Assembly: GCA_025054715.1 (NCBI GenBank)
Contig: JANWYH010000005.1
Span: forward strand, 32,335 to 96,334
DNA length: 64,000 bases
Direction: 5' to 3'
DNA from: Pyrinomonadaceae bacterium
Lineage (GTDB): Bacteria; Acidobacteriota; Blastocatellia; Pyrinomonadales; Pyrinomonadaceae
The notes under the pieces were generated by a model that was not told where the DNA came from, did not search any database, and saw only the letters and a program-made list of their open reading frames with translations. Positions within the stretch are counted from its first letter, which is position 1. Each line of letters opens with the position of its first letter. The position numbers were made by a program, and so were the translations under genes. Positions 1-9,685 of this stretch are shown one piece after another.

Positions 1-2112
1 TATTTCTTGCTCCCATGTTATTGCGGCTTGGAAAGTTCTAGGATTTTTGAAATCCGGATCAAAACCGAAGACCCTAGTCAAAGCAGCACCGTTTCGAGTC
101 GTAAAAGCAAGAAATGCAGGATTGTCGAGCTGAGTAAGAATGTTCGGATAAGTAATCAAAGCCCCGCTTCCTCGAAAGTAGCAGTTTGAAGGAATCTGGG
201 CTGGGTTTGTTGCAGTCCTGCAAGCACCACTTCTTTCATCTATACGCATATCACGCGTTACAACATCGTTATTCACGAAAACTCTGTAGAAAAGAATCGC
301 TGGTGTTCTTGCAACATAAAGCCCAGACGAAACTCGCAAAACAGATTTTTTGTTACCAAAAACATCCCAAGAAAGCCCAAGTCTAGGTTGCCATTGATTG
401 AAGTCATCAGGTATCTTTTGCGTTTCTGGCAAGTTTTGGTTAGGATGTGTAGGATTTGGATTATCTAGCCCTTCCCAGCGAATTCCTGCCGAAAAAGTTA
501 AGTTTTTTGTCAATTTAATCCTGTCTTGCATGAAAAACGCATACTCACGTTGATAGGAACTCACAAGCAATGCATTCGGAATAAGCGGTATAGCCTGATC
601 AAAGCGTCTAGGAATTAGATTGATGTAGTCTTGCAGGCTATTGAATCTCCAAGTTCCTTTGCCGTTTGTTACTCTTTGCGCTTCCCATCTATTCACATTT
701 ACATCAAAACCCAATTTGAACCTATGATTACCTCTGATAATGGAAAACGTGTTCGTCACTTGATAACGCGTTGTGTTAAATATTCTGGGACGACTATTTG
801 AACCGCCAATGCGCCCCACTCCAGAAATCCTTATATCGGGACCTGGAAAATTTGAATCTTCTCGGCGATTGTCTGTAGCTACTTGAGCCCTTAGTTCATT
901 TATCAGATTCGAACTAAAAACTGTTACAAGCGATCCCTTAAGACCATTGCTTGAGCCACGTCTTAAGACATTCTGCGTAGCTGCTATGTCTGTTTTTACA
1001 GTCCCCTCATCGATCGTGACAAAATTTTCAGCCCTTAATCTGGAATAGGTATATTGAAGGTTCAGTGTGTTTTTGGAATTGATGTAAAAATCAAATCTTG
1101 AGAAAACAGCAGTCGGATCGTTCGTTGCGATCTGTTCTCCCTCTAATTCAGCAAGCTCTCTTGGCAGGGCAATTGTGGTAGGTGCAAAATCAACAAAATA
1201 CGGAATTCTCAAAAAATTCTGTTCTGCCCCAACAAAAAAGAAAGCTTTTTGCTTTACAATCGGTCCTCCTACGGAACCTCCAAAAAGATTCTGATTGTTT
1301 GCTCCATCATTCCCGAAAGCGTCTGGAGAAGTTAGACGATCATTACGATTGAAGAAAAAAGCCTCTCCCCGAAATTCGTTAGTTCCAGATTTTGTAACCA
1401 CATTGACAAAGCCCGAACCAGTTCTTCCAACCTCTGCTGACGCTCCGCTTCGGACAACCTGAAATTCTTTCACTGCTGTTTGTGGAAAGAAGAAGACAGC
1501 ATCGTTTCCACCTCTTTGATTACCTTGAAGAGCATCGTTAAAGTCAGCACCGTCTATTGAGATATTAGAATTTATCGAACGTTGACCGGCAATTACGAGT
1601 CCTTTTCGATCCGATTCTTGAATGACTCCGGGCGTTAACTGCACAAACTCTGGAAAATTACGTCCTCTAATTGGCAAGTCAGCTATTGAACGTTGCGGTA
1701 TGGTCGTTCCCGTAGAAGCCTCTTCTTTTTCTATTACCTCGTTTTCCGCTGTGACAACAACCTCTACTTCCGCTCCTTTCGGACGCAAAAGAATAGATAC
1801 CGATGTTGTTTCTCCAACAGTTAAAATAGCTTCCTGTTTTGCCTCCGTAAAGCCTTCGGCTGAAACAGTTATAAGATAACGTCCGACAGGTAAAATAGGC
1901 ACAGAAAAATTGCCACCAGCGTTGCTTACAGCTTTTCTTTCTAATCCTGTTTCTACGTTCTTAATTGATACGAAAGCGCCAGCAATAGCCGCACCATTTA
2001 CGTCTATAACTATCCCTTCGATAGAAGAGCTACCAAGCTCCGACTGACCGAAAACGTTATAAGTTATCAGCATTACAAAAAGAAAAAACATTTTCCTTGC
2101 CATACGGTTCAT
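1..2112 (-). CDS. TonB-dependent outer-membrane receptor with N-terminal carboxypeptidase-regulatory-like domain (partial; C-terminus lies beyond the left edge)
   Basis: Absent from the ORF track because no stop codon lies in-window. My translation of the minus strand from the ATG at 2112-2110 gives MNRMARKMFFLFVMLITYNVFGQSELGSSSIEGIVIDVNGAAIAGAFVSIKNVETG...LPIRGRNFPEFVQLTPGV...GSGFVNVVTKSGTNEFRGEAF. This shows a signal peptide, a CarboxypepD_reg-like domain and a plug. The frame was spot-checked open near 1000 and at 1-120. Confidence 0.85.
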   Translation of the reverse strand, partial: MNRMARKMFFLFVMLITYNVFGQSELGSSSIEGIVIDVNGAAIAGAFVSIKNVETGLERKAVSNAGGNFSVPILPVGRYLITVSAEGFTEAKQEAILTVGETTSVSILLRPKGAEVEVVVTAENEVIEKEEASTGTTIPQRSIADLPIRGRNFPEFVQLTPGVIQESDRKGLVIAGQRSINSNISIDGADFNDALQGNQRGGNDAVFFFPQTAVKEFQVVRSGASAEVGRTGSGFVNVVTKSGTNEFRGEAFFFNRNDRLTSPDAFGNDGANNQNLFGGSVGGPIVKQKAFFFVGAEQNFLRIPYFVDFAPTTIALPRELAELEGEQIATNDPTAVFSRFDFYINSKNTLNLQYTYSRLRAENFVTIDEGTVKTDIAATQNVLRRGSSNGLKGSLVTVFSSNLINELRAQVATDNRREDSNFPGPDIRISGVGRIGGSNSRPRIFNTTRYQVTNTFSIIRGNHRFKLGFDVNVNRWEAQRVTNGKGTWRFNSLQDYINLIPRRFDQAIPLIPNALLVSSYQREYAFFMQDRIKLTKNLTFSAGIRWEGLDNPNPTHPNQNLPETQKIPDDFNQWQPRLGLSWDVFGNKKSVLRVSSGLYVARTPAILFYRVFVNNDVVTRDMRIDERSGACRTATNPAQIPSNCYFRGSGALITYPNILTQLDNPAFLAFTTRNGAALTRVFGFDPDFKNPRTFQAAITWEQEI

Positions 2113-2192
2113 AACCATTCTCCACGATGAATTAATAGCGAATTTTAAAAGAGATGGCATTAAGAAGTGATTAAATCGAGGTTAAATTAGAA

Positions 2193-4292
2193 TTAACTTA
2201 TTAAGGGAAGCTCGATTCTAAATCTCGTTCCTTGAGGCAGGTTCTTATGCACAGATATTTTACCACCATGTTCTACAACGATTCGGTTAACGATGGTAAG
2301 ACCAAGTCCCGTGCCTTTGTCTTTTGTTGAAAAGTAAGGCTGGAAAAGCTTTGGGAAAAGCTTTGGGTCTATACCAGATGCGTTATCAGAAACTTCCAAC
2401 ACTATTTTTGAAACTTTTCGATCAACGAAAGTTTTTATGATAATTTGTTTTTCTAACTGAGACATTTCAAAGGCTTCTATTGCATTATCAATAAGGTTAA
2501 CTAGCGCCTGCTTTATTTGCTGCTCGTCTAGCATGCAATCAGGAATATCTCCTAACAAAAGCTTTATGTCTACATCAGCTCTATCCTCATAAAGTAAAAC
2601 GGCTCGTTTAATTATCTCATTTAGATTTTTCTGCTCCAATTTGGCACTTGGAAGCCTTGCAAATTTTGAAAATTCGTCAACCATGGATTTAAGACTCTTA
2701 ACTTCGGAAAGTATTATTTGAGTACCTTCTTTTACAACCTTTTTGAGATGCTCTAAGTTATTTCTTTGCTCAAGTTCAAGCTGAAACCTTTTCGCAATCC
2801 TTTCGGCAGAAAGCTGTATTGGGGTTAGCGGATTTTTAATCTCATGAGCCATTCGGCGTGCAACCTCTGACCATGCGGCAAGTCTTTGGGCTGCGATCAA
2901 CTCTGTAAGGTCTTCCATCACTATAACTATGCCACTTTCTTCAGGCAAAGCTGTTGCCGTCAGAGCAACTGGAATGCTATCACTGCCCTGGCTATCAGAA
3001 AATCTGTAAAGTGTAATCTGCTCAGAAGCTATCCCAATCCTTTTAGCTCTAGTTAATATCTTTTCAAATACAGGGAGATTTTCTTTTTGAATTAACGAAA
3101 AGAGTTTCATCCCAGAAAAATCGGCATTTTCAAGCTTTAGTATCTTTTTTGCAGCTTTGTTTATTGTGGTCAGGCGATTCTCAGCATCTACTGAAATTAC
3201 CCCTGCAGAAAGCGATTCGAGAACAGTTTCAATGTAATTCTTTCTTCTTTGAAGTTCTGTGGCATTTGCCTGAAGGCGCTCCGCCATCTGATTGAAGGAA
3301 GCTACTAAAATGGCCAGTTCATCTTCAGCCAAAACGTTAACCCTGTGTGAAAAGTTACCACTTGCTATTTCGTTTGCTCCTTCGGCAAGAGCTTTGATTG
3401 GCTCGGTCAAGCCCCGAGCAAGATGAAATGCAATCCAACCCGATGCAAAAATCAGTAACAGTGTAAGAAGCCCTAAAGTAGAAAGTCCTATTTGACGAAC
3501 AGTTATTTGCTGAGCCTTAAGCTTATCGAATTCTTCAAGTGCACGTTCTGCCATCTTGTCTGATCGCCATTCTGACACGGCATCAGAGAAAGCCAACAGC
3601 TTCTTACCATCAGAAAAATCAGCTCTTACAACAAATTTTCCTTGATCCATCTGAAACAGCTCACCCTCTAATGCAACATCAAGACGCTCATCTTGTAAAG
3701 GAGCGCTCGAGGATATAATTTTGTTCTCTTTAGAAAGCACTACAATCCTAGAAAAACCAGCTTTTCGAGCAATTTCAGCAAGCTTTTCATCCGTTATGTC
3801 CTCTCTTTCTAAAACAAACACAAGAAATTGCGCCAAATTAACCAAACTTGAAAGACGCTCCCTATTTACATCTTCCTGCATCTGATATGCCCTGCGAACG
3901 ACATTTTCCGGGATATTCGTAAACCATCTTTCTATGGCACGATTCATAAAAAGATAAGAAAAAACAGCCATCGCAATCGTCGGCATCAAGCTTACCGCGA
4001 AAAAATAAATCAGAAGGCGTGTCTTTATCTTTGAACCAAGCTGTAAATCCTTCCTTTCGCGTAAAAGCTTCAATAGGTTACGGATAAAAATAAAGACAAA
4101 TATGACGAAAGCCACGAAGTTAAGTGACGAAAGAGCATAAAGCAAAAGAATGTCTGCCGCAGTTTCTACTACAAGCACCTTCCATAGATTTGAAGACTGA
4201 AGCAAAACTAAAAACGAAAAAAGTATCAGCGAAGACACGCCAAAAATCCATAAAACCAGACGCCTTTTGTTTTTTTTCTCTTGTTGAGTCAC
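2193..4292 (-). CDS. ntrY: NtrY-like sensor histidine kinase (N-terminal TM segments, HAMP, PAS, HisKA, HATPase_c)
   Basis: 699-aa ORF. The H-box HEIKNPLTPIQLSAERIAKRF is characteristic of NtrY. N, G1 and G2 boxes are present (NLIDNAIEA, SDNASGI, GTGLGLTIV), and the N-terminus is hydrophobic. Confidence 0.75.
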   Translation of the reverse strand: MTQQEKKNKRRLVLWIFGVSSLILFSFLVLLQSSNLWKVLVVETAADILLLYALSSLNFVAFVIFVFIFIRNLLKLLRERKDLQLGSKIKTRLLIYFFAVSLMPTIAMAVFSYLFMNRAIERWFTNIPENVVRRAYQMQEDVNRERLSSLVNLAQFLVFVLEREDITDEKLAEIARKAGFSRIVVLSKENKIISSSAPLQDERLDVALEGELFQMDQGKFVVRADFSDGKKLLAFSDAVSEWRSDKMAERALEEFDKLKAQQITVRQIGLSTLGLLTLLLIFASGWIAFHLARGLTEPIKALAEGANEIASGNFSHRVNVLAEDELAILVASFNQMAERLQANATELQRRKNYIETVLESLSAGVISVDAENRLTTINKAAKKILKLENADFSGMKLFSLIQKENLPVFEKILTRAKRIGIASEQITLYRFSDSQGSDSIPVALTATALPEESGIVIVMEDLTELIAAQRLAAWSEVARRMAHEIKNPLTPIQLSAERIAKRFQLELEQRNNLEHLKKVVKEGTQIILSEVKSLKSMVDEFSKFARLPSAKLEQKNLNEIIKRAVLLYEDRADVDIKLLLGDIPDCMLDEQQIKQALVNLIDNAIEAFEMSQLEKQIIIKTFVDRKVSKIVLEVSDNASGIDPKLFPKLFQPYFSTKDKGTGLGLTIVNRIVVEHGGKISVHKNLPQGTRFRIELPLIS

Positions 4293-4317
4293 AATTGCAG
4301 TTTAGCACAAACTCATT

Positions 4318-5199
4318 ATGAATGACCTATTATTTGATTCAGACAAGAAGCTACGCAGCGGTTGGCGTTTCGTTCTGTTCTTTACTAGTTTTGTAATCAT
4401 TTCCAGCTTTGTGCAGCTAGTGCTTATAAGCGCCTTTAAAGAAGCGGCTTTAAGTTTCATGATAGTCTTAATGCACAGCGCTTCTATCATTATCTCAATC
4501 CTGCTTGGTTGGTTCTTTGGAAAAATCTTTGAAAATCTACCTTTTAAGGCTTTGGGAATATCAGTTACCAGAAATTGGCTAAAAGATTTTTCTCTCGGCT
4601 TACTCTTTGGTTTTTTTTCTATTTTCCTCGCAATCCTTATAGCCTATGTCTTCGACGCCTTGAAGCTCGAGGTAAGAAAAATAGACACTACTACCTTTTA
4701 CTCTTTGTCATTCAATTTTCTTATTTTTCTAATTGCGGCGATCTCAGAAGAGACTCTTTTTAGAGGATACATGCTTCAAACATTCATCAGGGCAAAATCA
4801 ACTCTGACGGGAATCATTCTAACGTCTCTACTTTTTGCTTCGGCTCATAACCTTAACCCAAGTGTAAACATTCTGTCTCTGATAAACACCTTCATTGCAG
4901 GTATTTGGTTATCGGTAGCTTACCTAAAGGCTCAAAATTTATGGTTTCCAATCTCAATCCATTTGTCTTGGAATTGGTTTCAAGGACCGGTTTTTGGAAT
5001 AAATGTAAGCGGAATCGAAGAATTTTCTAGGAATTCAATCCTGCAAGTGACCCAAAAGAACTATGAGCTTATAAACGGAGGCAACTATGGAATAGAAGGC
5101 GGTTTAGCTTGCACCGCCTCGCTCATCGTTTCTACAATTCTACTACTTCTTTTTCATCAAAAAATCAATATAGAACCCTCTGAGGCAAGACCTGAGTAA
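4318..5199 (+). CDS. CPBP (CAAX/Abi) family intramembrane glutamic endopeptidase
   Basis: Polytopic membrane ORF with the EETLFRGY motif and FASAHN / HLSWNW histidine motifs typical of CPBP proteases. Confidence 0.8.
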   Translation: MNDLLFDSDKKLRSGWRFVLFFTSFVIISSFVQLVLISAFKEAALSFMIVLMHSASIIISILLGWFFGKIFENLPFKALGISVTRNWLKDFSLGLLFGFFSIFLAILIAYVFDALKLEVRKIDTTTFYSLSFNFLIFLIAAISEETLFRGYMLQTFIRAKSTLTGIILTSLLFASAHNLNPSVNILSLINTFIAGIWLSVAYLKAQNLWFPISIHLSWNWFQGPVFGINVSGIEEFSRNSILQVTQKNYELINGGNYGIEGGLACTASLIVSTILLLLFHQKINIEPSEARPE

Positions 5200-6148
5200 A
5201 ACTTCTTGCTCCTCCTGTCACTATATCGAGAATGGTTTCACCGATGTTTTTCTTTGACTTTCCAACTTCGACTATATCTTCGGGTTGAAGCAGTATATCC
5301 TTTTGTTCGCCTCTTCTAATAGCATCATAGTTTACCGTAATTATCTCTCTATCTTTAGAATTCGGTTTTAATCGTCTTATACGAATTTCGCTGGTTTTGG
5401 CTTCACGACTAAAACCACCTGCTTGAGCGATTGCCTCAGTTAAGGTAAGGCCATTTTCCGTAATTGGAATCTCTCTTAAAACCATAACCTCCCCTATCAC
5501 ATAAACGGGCGATGCTCTTTGAACAATAATTATATCACCTGGATAAATTATCGGATTTGATTCTTCTTTTCCTTGTTTAACGCTGGTAAGGCTATAAATC
5601 ATTGATGGAAAGCCAAGCTCGCTGCTCGTAATTTCTTTCCAGTTTTGAATTTCCCTTTGATCGGCACAAAGAGGCGGTTGAGTCCTGAAAATCTGAATTA
5701 TTCCACCTGCTTTTTCCGTAACTCCACCGGCAAAGGAAAGCACTTCAAGAAGTCTTGTTTGACGAGTCAGAATAATTTGTTGTTGCTGACGAACCTCTCC
5801 ATAAACAGTCGCAGGTGGACGGCTCTTTCTTTCAGTCACTCTAACGCTAACTTGTGGATTACGAACATACTTTGATACAAGCTGTGTTATGTCGTTTCTA
5901 AGTTGCCGCTCTGTCTTACACATCGCCACTACAAGCTCTTCAAAAAAAGGCACCTGAATTTTGCCATCTTCGTCAACGGTGGCTATAAAATTAAAATCGT
6001 CCTCACCTAACACTTTAACCTCTACGACGTCACCAGGACCTATTAGATAGCCTCTCTGACCTGATTCAGAAAATCCTGGTTGAGCAAAAATCACTGTGCT
6101 CAAAAAAAGTATTAAAGAAACTACTCTTAACATCTTCTCCAACCCCAA
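5165..6148 (-). CDS. Polysaccharide export protein (Wza-like; Poly_export plus SLBB domains)
   Basis: Signal peptide followed by the PGDVVEVKVLGEDDFN motif, with repeated PGDIIIV / PEDIVEV soluble-ligand-binding beta-grasp elements. The TTG at 6148 or the ATG at 6133 are possible starts. Confidence 0.75.
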   Translation of the reverse strand: MGLEKMLRVVSLILFLSTVIFAQPGFSESGQRGYLIGPGDVVEVKVLGEDDFNFIATVDEDGKIQVPFFEELVVAMCKTERQLRNDITQLVSKYVRNPQVSVRVTERKSRPPATVYGEVRQQQQIILTRQTRLLEVLSFAGGVTEKAGGIIQIFRTQPPLCADQREIQNWKEITSSELGFPSMIYSLTSVKQGKEESNPIIYPGDIIIVQRASPVYVIGEVMVLREIPITENGLTLTEAIAQAGGFSREAKTSEIRIRRLKPNSKDREIITVNYDAIRRGEQKDILLQPEDIVEVGKSKKNIGETILDIVTGGARSFTQVLPQRVLY

Positions 6149-6173
6149 AAATATTCAGATTTAATCACAAAAT

Positions 6174-7280
6174 TTAAAGTTGCTTTTTGGGAATAACAAT
6201 TTCAAATGCCGTCCCTAGGCTTCCAGTTTCAATTTTAATCTTTCCGCCTACATTTTCGATCATTTTTTTTACTAAGTCTAGACCCACTCCCCTACCAGAT
6301 ATTTCCGAAACCTCATCAGATGTAGAGATTCCTTGATAAAAAACTAGCTCCAAAATTTCAGCCGATGAAGGCTGCGCTTCATCCGAAATCAATCCCTTTT
6401 CAATCGCTCGCTCCCTCACCTTTTCAAAATCCATACCAGAACCATTATCCGATACCTTAACTACAACTTCTTCGCTACTCTCCGTAACTTGAATAACTAC
6501 CCTACCGACCTTTTCGATTCCATGGTCAATGGCGTTACGAACAAGATGAATCAACACATCAAAAATTAATCCTGAAAGTTGCCCTGGAAGAGCCTTCAAA
6601 CCTAGTTCAACTTCAAACTCCACTTTTTTACCAAGCTCTTCGGCAATTTCTCTGCCGTGATTTACTACTCTTTCAATAATGTCAACTAAACTCTTATCTA
6701 AATAAAATTCATCTAAAATCTGAGCATCTTCAAAAACAGGCTTAGTTGACGGCACAAAAATAACCTCGAGGTCAGAAACCGAACTAGGCAAGAGCGCCAA
6801 TATACTCCCTCGACGAGAAATTTCCTTCAGGAAATCGTTAAGCCTACTTGAAAAATCTTGCACTCCAAATGACTTTCTTAGCAGCAAAACCTTCCTACCA
6901 CTTAAAAGATAGAAGCTTAGACGTTCTTTCTCTTGACTTGCAAGTCTGTTTGCTAGCTCAATAGGCAAAATAGAGACCTTTATTTGGGCTCTCCTTAACT
7001 TACTAGAGTTTTCCTCAAAATCGCCTTTCAAAGCTTTAATCGCTTGTTCAACGCACGAGATTATCTCGTGCAAATTACCTTTTCGAACTGAGTCTTCAGC
7101 TAGATGAATAATTCCTGCTAGCTCCCTGAATCCGAAAACTCGCGCTCTACCCTTTATAGTGTGAAAGAAACGAAAAAGTTCTTCCAAACGTAAATCTGAT
7201 AGTTCTTCTTTTTCTTTCAATTCAGATAGGAGTTTTTCCAGTTGTAAGAGAGCTTCAGAGCAGAAGTCTTCTGACGTCAT
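6174..7280 (-). CDS. Truncated CheA-like histidine kinase (Hpt domain plus HATPase_c, no CheW-like P5 domain)
   Basis: N-terminal Hpt signature [17 protein letters not shown]-terminal N/G1/G2 boxes [30 protein letters not shown]. The ORF ends directly after the ATPase fold. Its ATG overlaps the ribH stop (ATGA at 7277-7280). Confidence 0.7.
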   Translation of the reverse strand: MTSEDFCSEALLQLEKLLSELKEKEELSDLRLEELFRFFHTIKGRARVFGFRELAGIIHLAEDSVRKGNLHEIISCVEQAIKALKGDFEENSSKLRRAQIKVSILPIELANRLASQEKERLSFYLLSGRKVLLLRKSFGVQDFSSRLNDFLKEISRRGSILALLPSSVSDLEVIFVPSTKPVFEDAQILDEFYLDKSLVDIIERVVNHGREIAEELGKKVEFEVELGLKALPGQLSGLIFDVLIHLVRNAIDHGIEKVGRVVIQVTESSEEVVVKVSDNGSGMDFEKVRERAIEKGLISDEAQPSSAEILELVFYQGISTSDEVSEISGRGVGLDLVKKMIENVGGKIKIETGSLGTAFEIVIPKKQL

Positions 7281-7756
7281 AGATTCTCTTTTATAAGTTT
7301 ACAAAGGGTTGCCATCTCAACTGCTGCTAAGGCAGCTTCATAGCCCTTGTTACCTGCCTTACCCCCAGCTCGATTTGTTGCCTGCTCGACTGTGTCAGCT
7401 GTAACTATCCCAAAGATTGCTGGAATACCCGTTTTCACTGAAACTAAACTGATGCCTTTCGTAGTTTCACCAGCTACATACTCAAAATGAGGGGTCTCAC
7501 CACGGATAATTGTACCTAAGCATATTATGGCATCAAACTTCCCGCTTTCTGCAACCTTCAAAGCTATCAGGGGTATTTCGAAGGCACCCGGCACACGGAA
7601 AATTTCGATGTCTTCTTCCAAAACACCTAGCTTTTCCAGCCCGCCTAATGCACCTTCTATCAAACGAGAAGTTAAAAAGTCATTCCAACAAGAAGCTACA
7701 ATTGCAAATCTTAAACCCTCAGCCTTCAAACTTCCTTTATGAATCCTTGGTTTCAA
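7277..7756 (-). CDS. ribH: 6,7-dimethyl-8-ribityllumazine synthase
   Basis: 159 aa with [21 protein letters not shown]...[10 protein letters not shown]...[20 protein letters not shown], a classic RibH sequence pattern. Confidence 0.93.
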   Translation of the reverse strand: MKPRIHKGSLKAEGLRFAIVASCWNDFLTSRLIEGALGGLEKLGVLEEDIEIFRVPGAFEIPLIALKVAESGKFDAIICLGTIIRGETPHFEYVAGETTKGISLVSVKTGIPAIFGIVTADTVEQATNRAGGKAGNKGYEAALAAVEMATLCKLIKENL

Positions 7757-7881
7757 AGCTTTCCTCCAGATTCTTCAGATTACGAAAAAGTTTTAGTAAA
7801 TCGTGAGCTTAAATCTCAGATGACAAAACCTTTCTTTAGATGATATTCTAAATTTTCTCATGGTTTCAAGGTTCAGTCTCA

Positions 7882-8274
7882 ATGAATGAACTAGAGCTTA
7901 TCGAATTGGCCAAAATGGTCAGAAATCGGGCCTTTGCTCCATTTTCAAATTTCAAAGTCGGAGCAGTTTTAGTCACATCAGATAATAAAACCTACACTGG
8001 CTGTAACATAGAGTCAGCAAGCTACGGACTAACGGTTTGTGCCGAAAGAGTTGCAATCTGGAAAGCTTTATCCGACGGCGAAAACAGTTTCAGCAAACTC
8101 ATCGTCGTAACCGATGTAGAAAACCCTGCACCGCCTTGTGGGGCTTGTCGTCAAATAATATGGGAATTTTGCGGAAACATCTCAATCGTATTGTCTAATT
8201 TGAACGGAAAAACAAAATCTTTCAAAATGAAAGAACTTTTACCAAATCCATTTGGCAAAGAATTTCTGGAGTAA
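7882..8274 (+). CDS. cdd: Cytidine deaminase (small homotetrameric type)
   Basis: 130 aa with the zinc-ligand motifs CAERVAI and PCGACRQ. Confidence 0.9.
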   Translation: MNELELIELAKMVRNRAFAPFSNFKVGAVLVTSDNKTYTGCNIESASYGLTVCAERVAIWKALSDGENSFSKLIVVTDVENPAPPCGACRQIIWEFCGNISIVLSNLNGKTKSFKMKELLPNPFGKEFLE

Positions 8275-8278
8275 GTCT

Positions 8279-9679
8279 ATGAAAAAAACGATTATTTTCC
8301 TAATAACTTCGTTTTTCTTACTAAACCATGCTCAATCTCAAGAAAAACAGCCTGCCGACTTGTTGATTTTTGGCGGCACCGTTGTAACAATGAATCAAAA
8401 TCGGGAAATAATCGAAGACGGCGCAATTGCAATAAAAAATGGAAACATCGTTTCCGTCGGAAAATCATCAAAACTGCGCAGCCTATACAAAGCAAAACTC
8501 ACGATAAATGCTAGCGGTAGGGTCGTCATTCCCGGTCTTATCAATACTCATACGCATATACCTATGGTGCTTTTTCGCGGCATAGCCGACGACATGGATT
8601 TGCAAGACTGGCTAACAAATTATATCTTTCCGGCAGAAGCCAAAAATGTAAATGAAGATTTTGTTAGAGCTGGAACAAGGCTCGGTCTTGCTGAACTAAT
8701 AAAGGGCGGAACTACGACCTACTGCGACATGTATTACTTTGAAGATGCTATAGCTGAAGAAACAGCAAAAGCGGGAGTCCGAGCCATTTTGGGAGAAACT
8801 CTTATAGACTTTCCTGCTCCCGATAACAAAACTTTTGAGGATGCTTTAAAATACACTGAGAATTTTATCAAAAAATGGAAAGGGCACCGATTGATTACAC
8901 CTGCCATTGCTCCTCACGCACCATACACAGTTTCAAAAGAACACCTTCTTTTAGCCCGCCAGCTTTCTGACAAATTCGATGTTCCGTTGATTATTCACTT
9001 AGCTGAAGCTGAAACAGAAACCGAATTTACTTTGAAAAACTTCGGCCTTCGTCCGATAGAATACCTAGAAAAAATAGGCTTTTTTAACAAGAAAACTATT
9101 TTGGCTCACGTCATTCAAGCAACGGCCGAAGAAATTTCGCTTTTGAAGAAATACGACGTTGGGATTGCGCATAACCCTCAATCGAATATGAAACTTGCCG
9201 CAGGCATTGCTCCGATTCCTCTCATGCTGAAAGAAAACCTAAGAGTTGGACTTGGAACAGATGGGGCTGCCTCAAACAATGACTTGAACCTGTGGGAGGA
9301 AATGGATACCGCAGCAAAGATTCATAAGGTTTTCAACAAAGACCCAAAAGCGGCTTCCGCAGTGCAGATTTTTGAAATGGCAACTATTGGAGGCGCAAGG
9401 GCTCTGCACCTTGAAAAATTCATTGGCTCGATAGAAGAAGGTAAACGCGCTGATATCGTCCTAGTTAACTTTAATTCTTTACACCAGACTCCAATGTATA
9501 ATCTTTACTCACATCTGGTTTATGCTACGAAAGCAAGCGATGTCGATACGGTAATTATTGATGGAAAGATAATAATGAAAAACGGACGTTTGCTTACTTT
9601 GAACGAAAATGCTATAAAAAGAGAAGCTAATTTCTACAAACAAAAGATAGTCAAAAGTTTACGCTCTAATTCTAATTGA
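8279..9679 (+). CDS. Amidohydrolase of the MtaD/SsnA/TrzA (COG0402) type, with predicted signal peptide
   Basis: Shows GLINTHTHIPMVLFRGIADDMDLQDWL, IIHLAE and GTDGAASNN metal/catalytic motifs resembling 5-methylthioadenosine/SAH deaminase. The ATG at 8279 gives MKKTIIFLITSFFLLNHAQSQ, a signal-like N-terminus. The ORF track start at 8252 overlaps cdd. Confidence 0.8.
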   Translation: MKKTIIFLITSFFLLNHAQSQEKQPADLLIFGGTVVTMNQNREIIEDGAIAIKNGNIVSVGKSSKLRSLYKAKLTINASGRVVIPGLINTHTHIPMVLFRGIADDMDLQDWLTNYIFPAEAKNVNEDFVRAGTRLGLAELIKGGTTTYCDMYYFEDAIAEETAKAGVRAILGETLIDFPAPDNKTFEDALKYTENFIKKWKGHRLITPAIAPHAPYTVSKEHLLLARQLSDKFDVPLIIHLAEAETETEFTLKNFGLRPIEYLEKIGFFNKKTILAHVIQATAEEISLLKKYDVGIAHNPQSNMKLAAGIAPIPLMLKENLRVGLGTDGAASNNDLNLWEEMDTAAKIHKVFNKDPKAASAVQIFEMATIGGARALHLEKFIGSIEEGKRADIVLVNFNSLHQTPMYNLYSHLVYATKASDVDTVIIDGKIIMKNGRLLTLNENAIKREANFYKQKIVKSLRSNSN

Positions 9680-9685
9680 GGTGAG

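Noticed and set aside
7-1879. Plus-strand ORFs 7-189, 186-386 and 1622-1879 from the ORF track.
   Set aside because: They lie antisense to a long open minus-strand frame encoding a clearly recognisable TonB-dependent receptor. Their compositions are odd and they have no motifs.
5165-5199. Convergent 3' overlaps of about 35 nt (CPBP/wza-like at 5165-5199 and CDO-like/dsbD at 11262-11295), considered as possible mis-annotation or antisense regulation.
   Set aside because: Both partners have convincing family motifs up to their C-termini. Stop positions are fixed by the sequence, and short convergent overlaps are common in compact genomes.
7757-7881. Possible FMN riboswitch upstream of ribH.
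   Set aside because: The intergenic region is only about 125 bp, is shared with the divergent cdd promoter, and lacks the conserved FMN-element core sequences I know.
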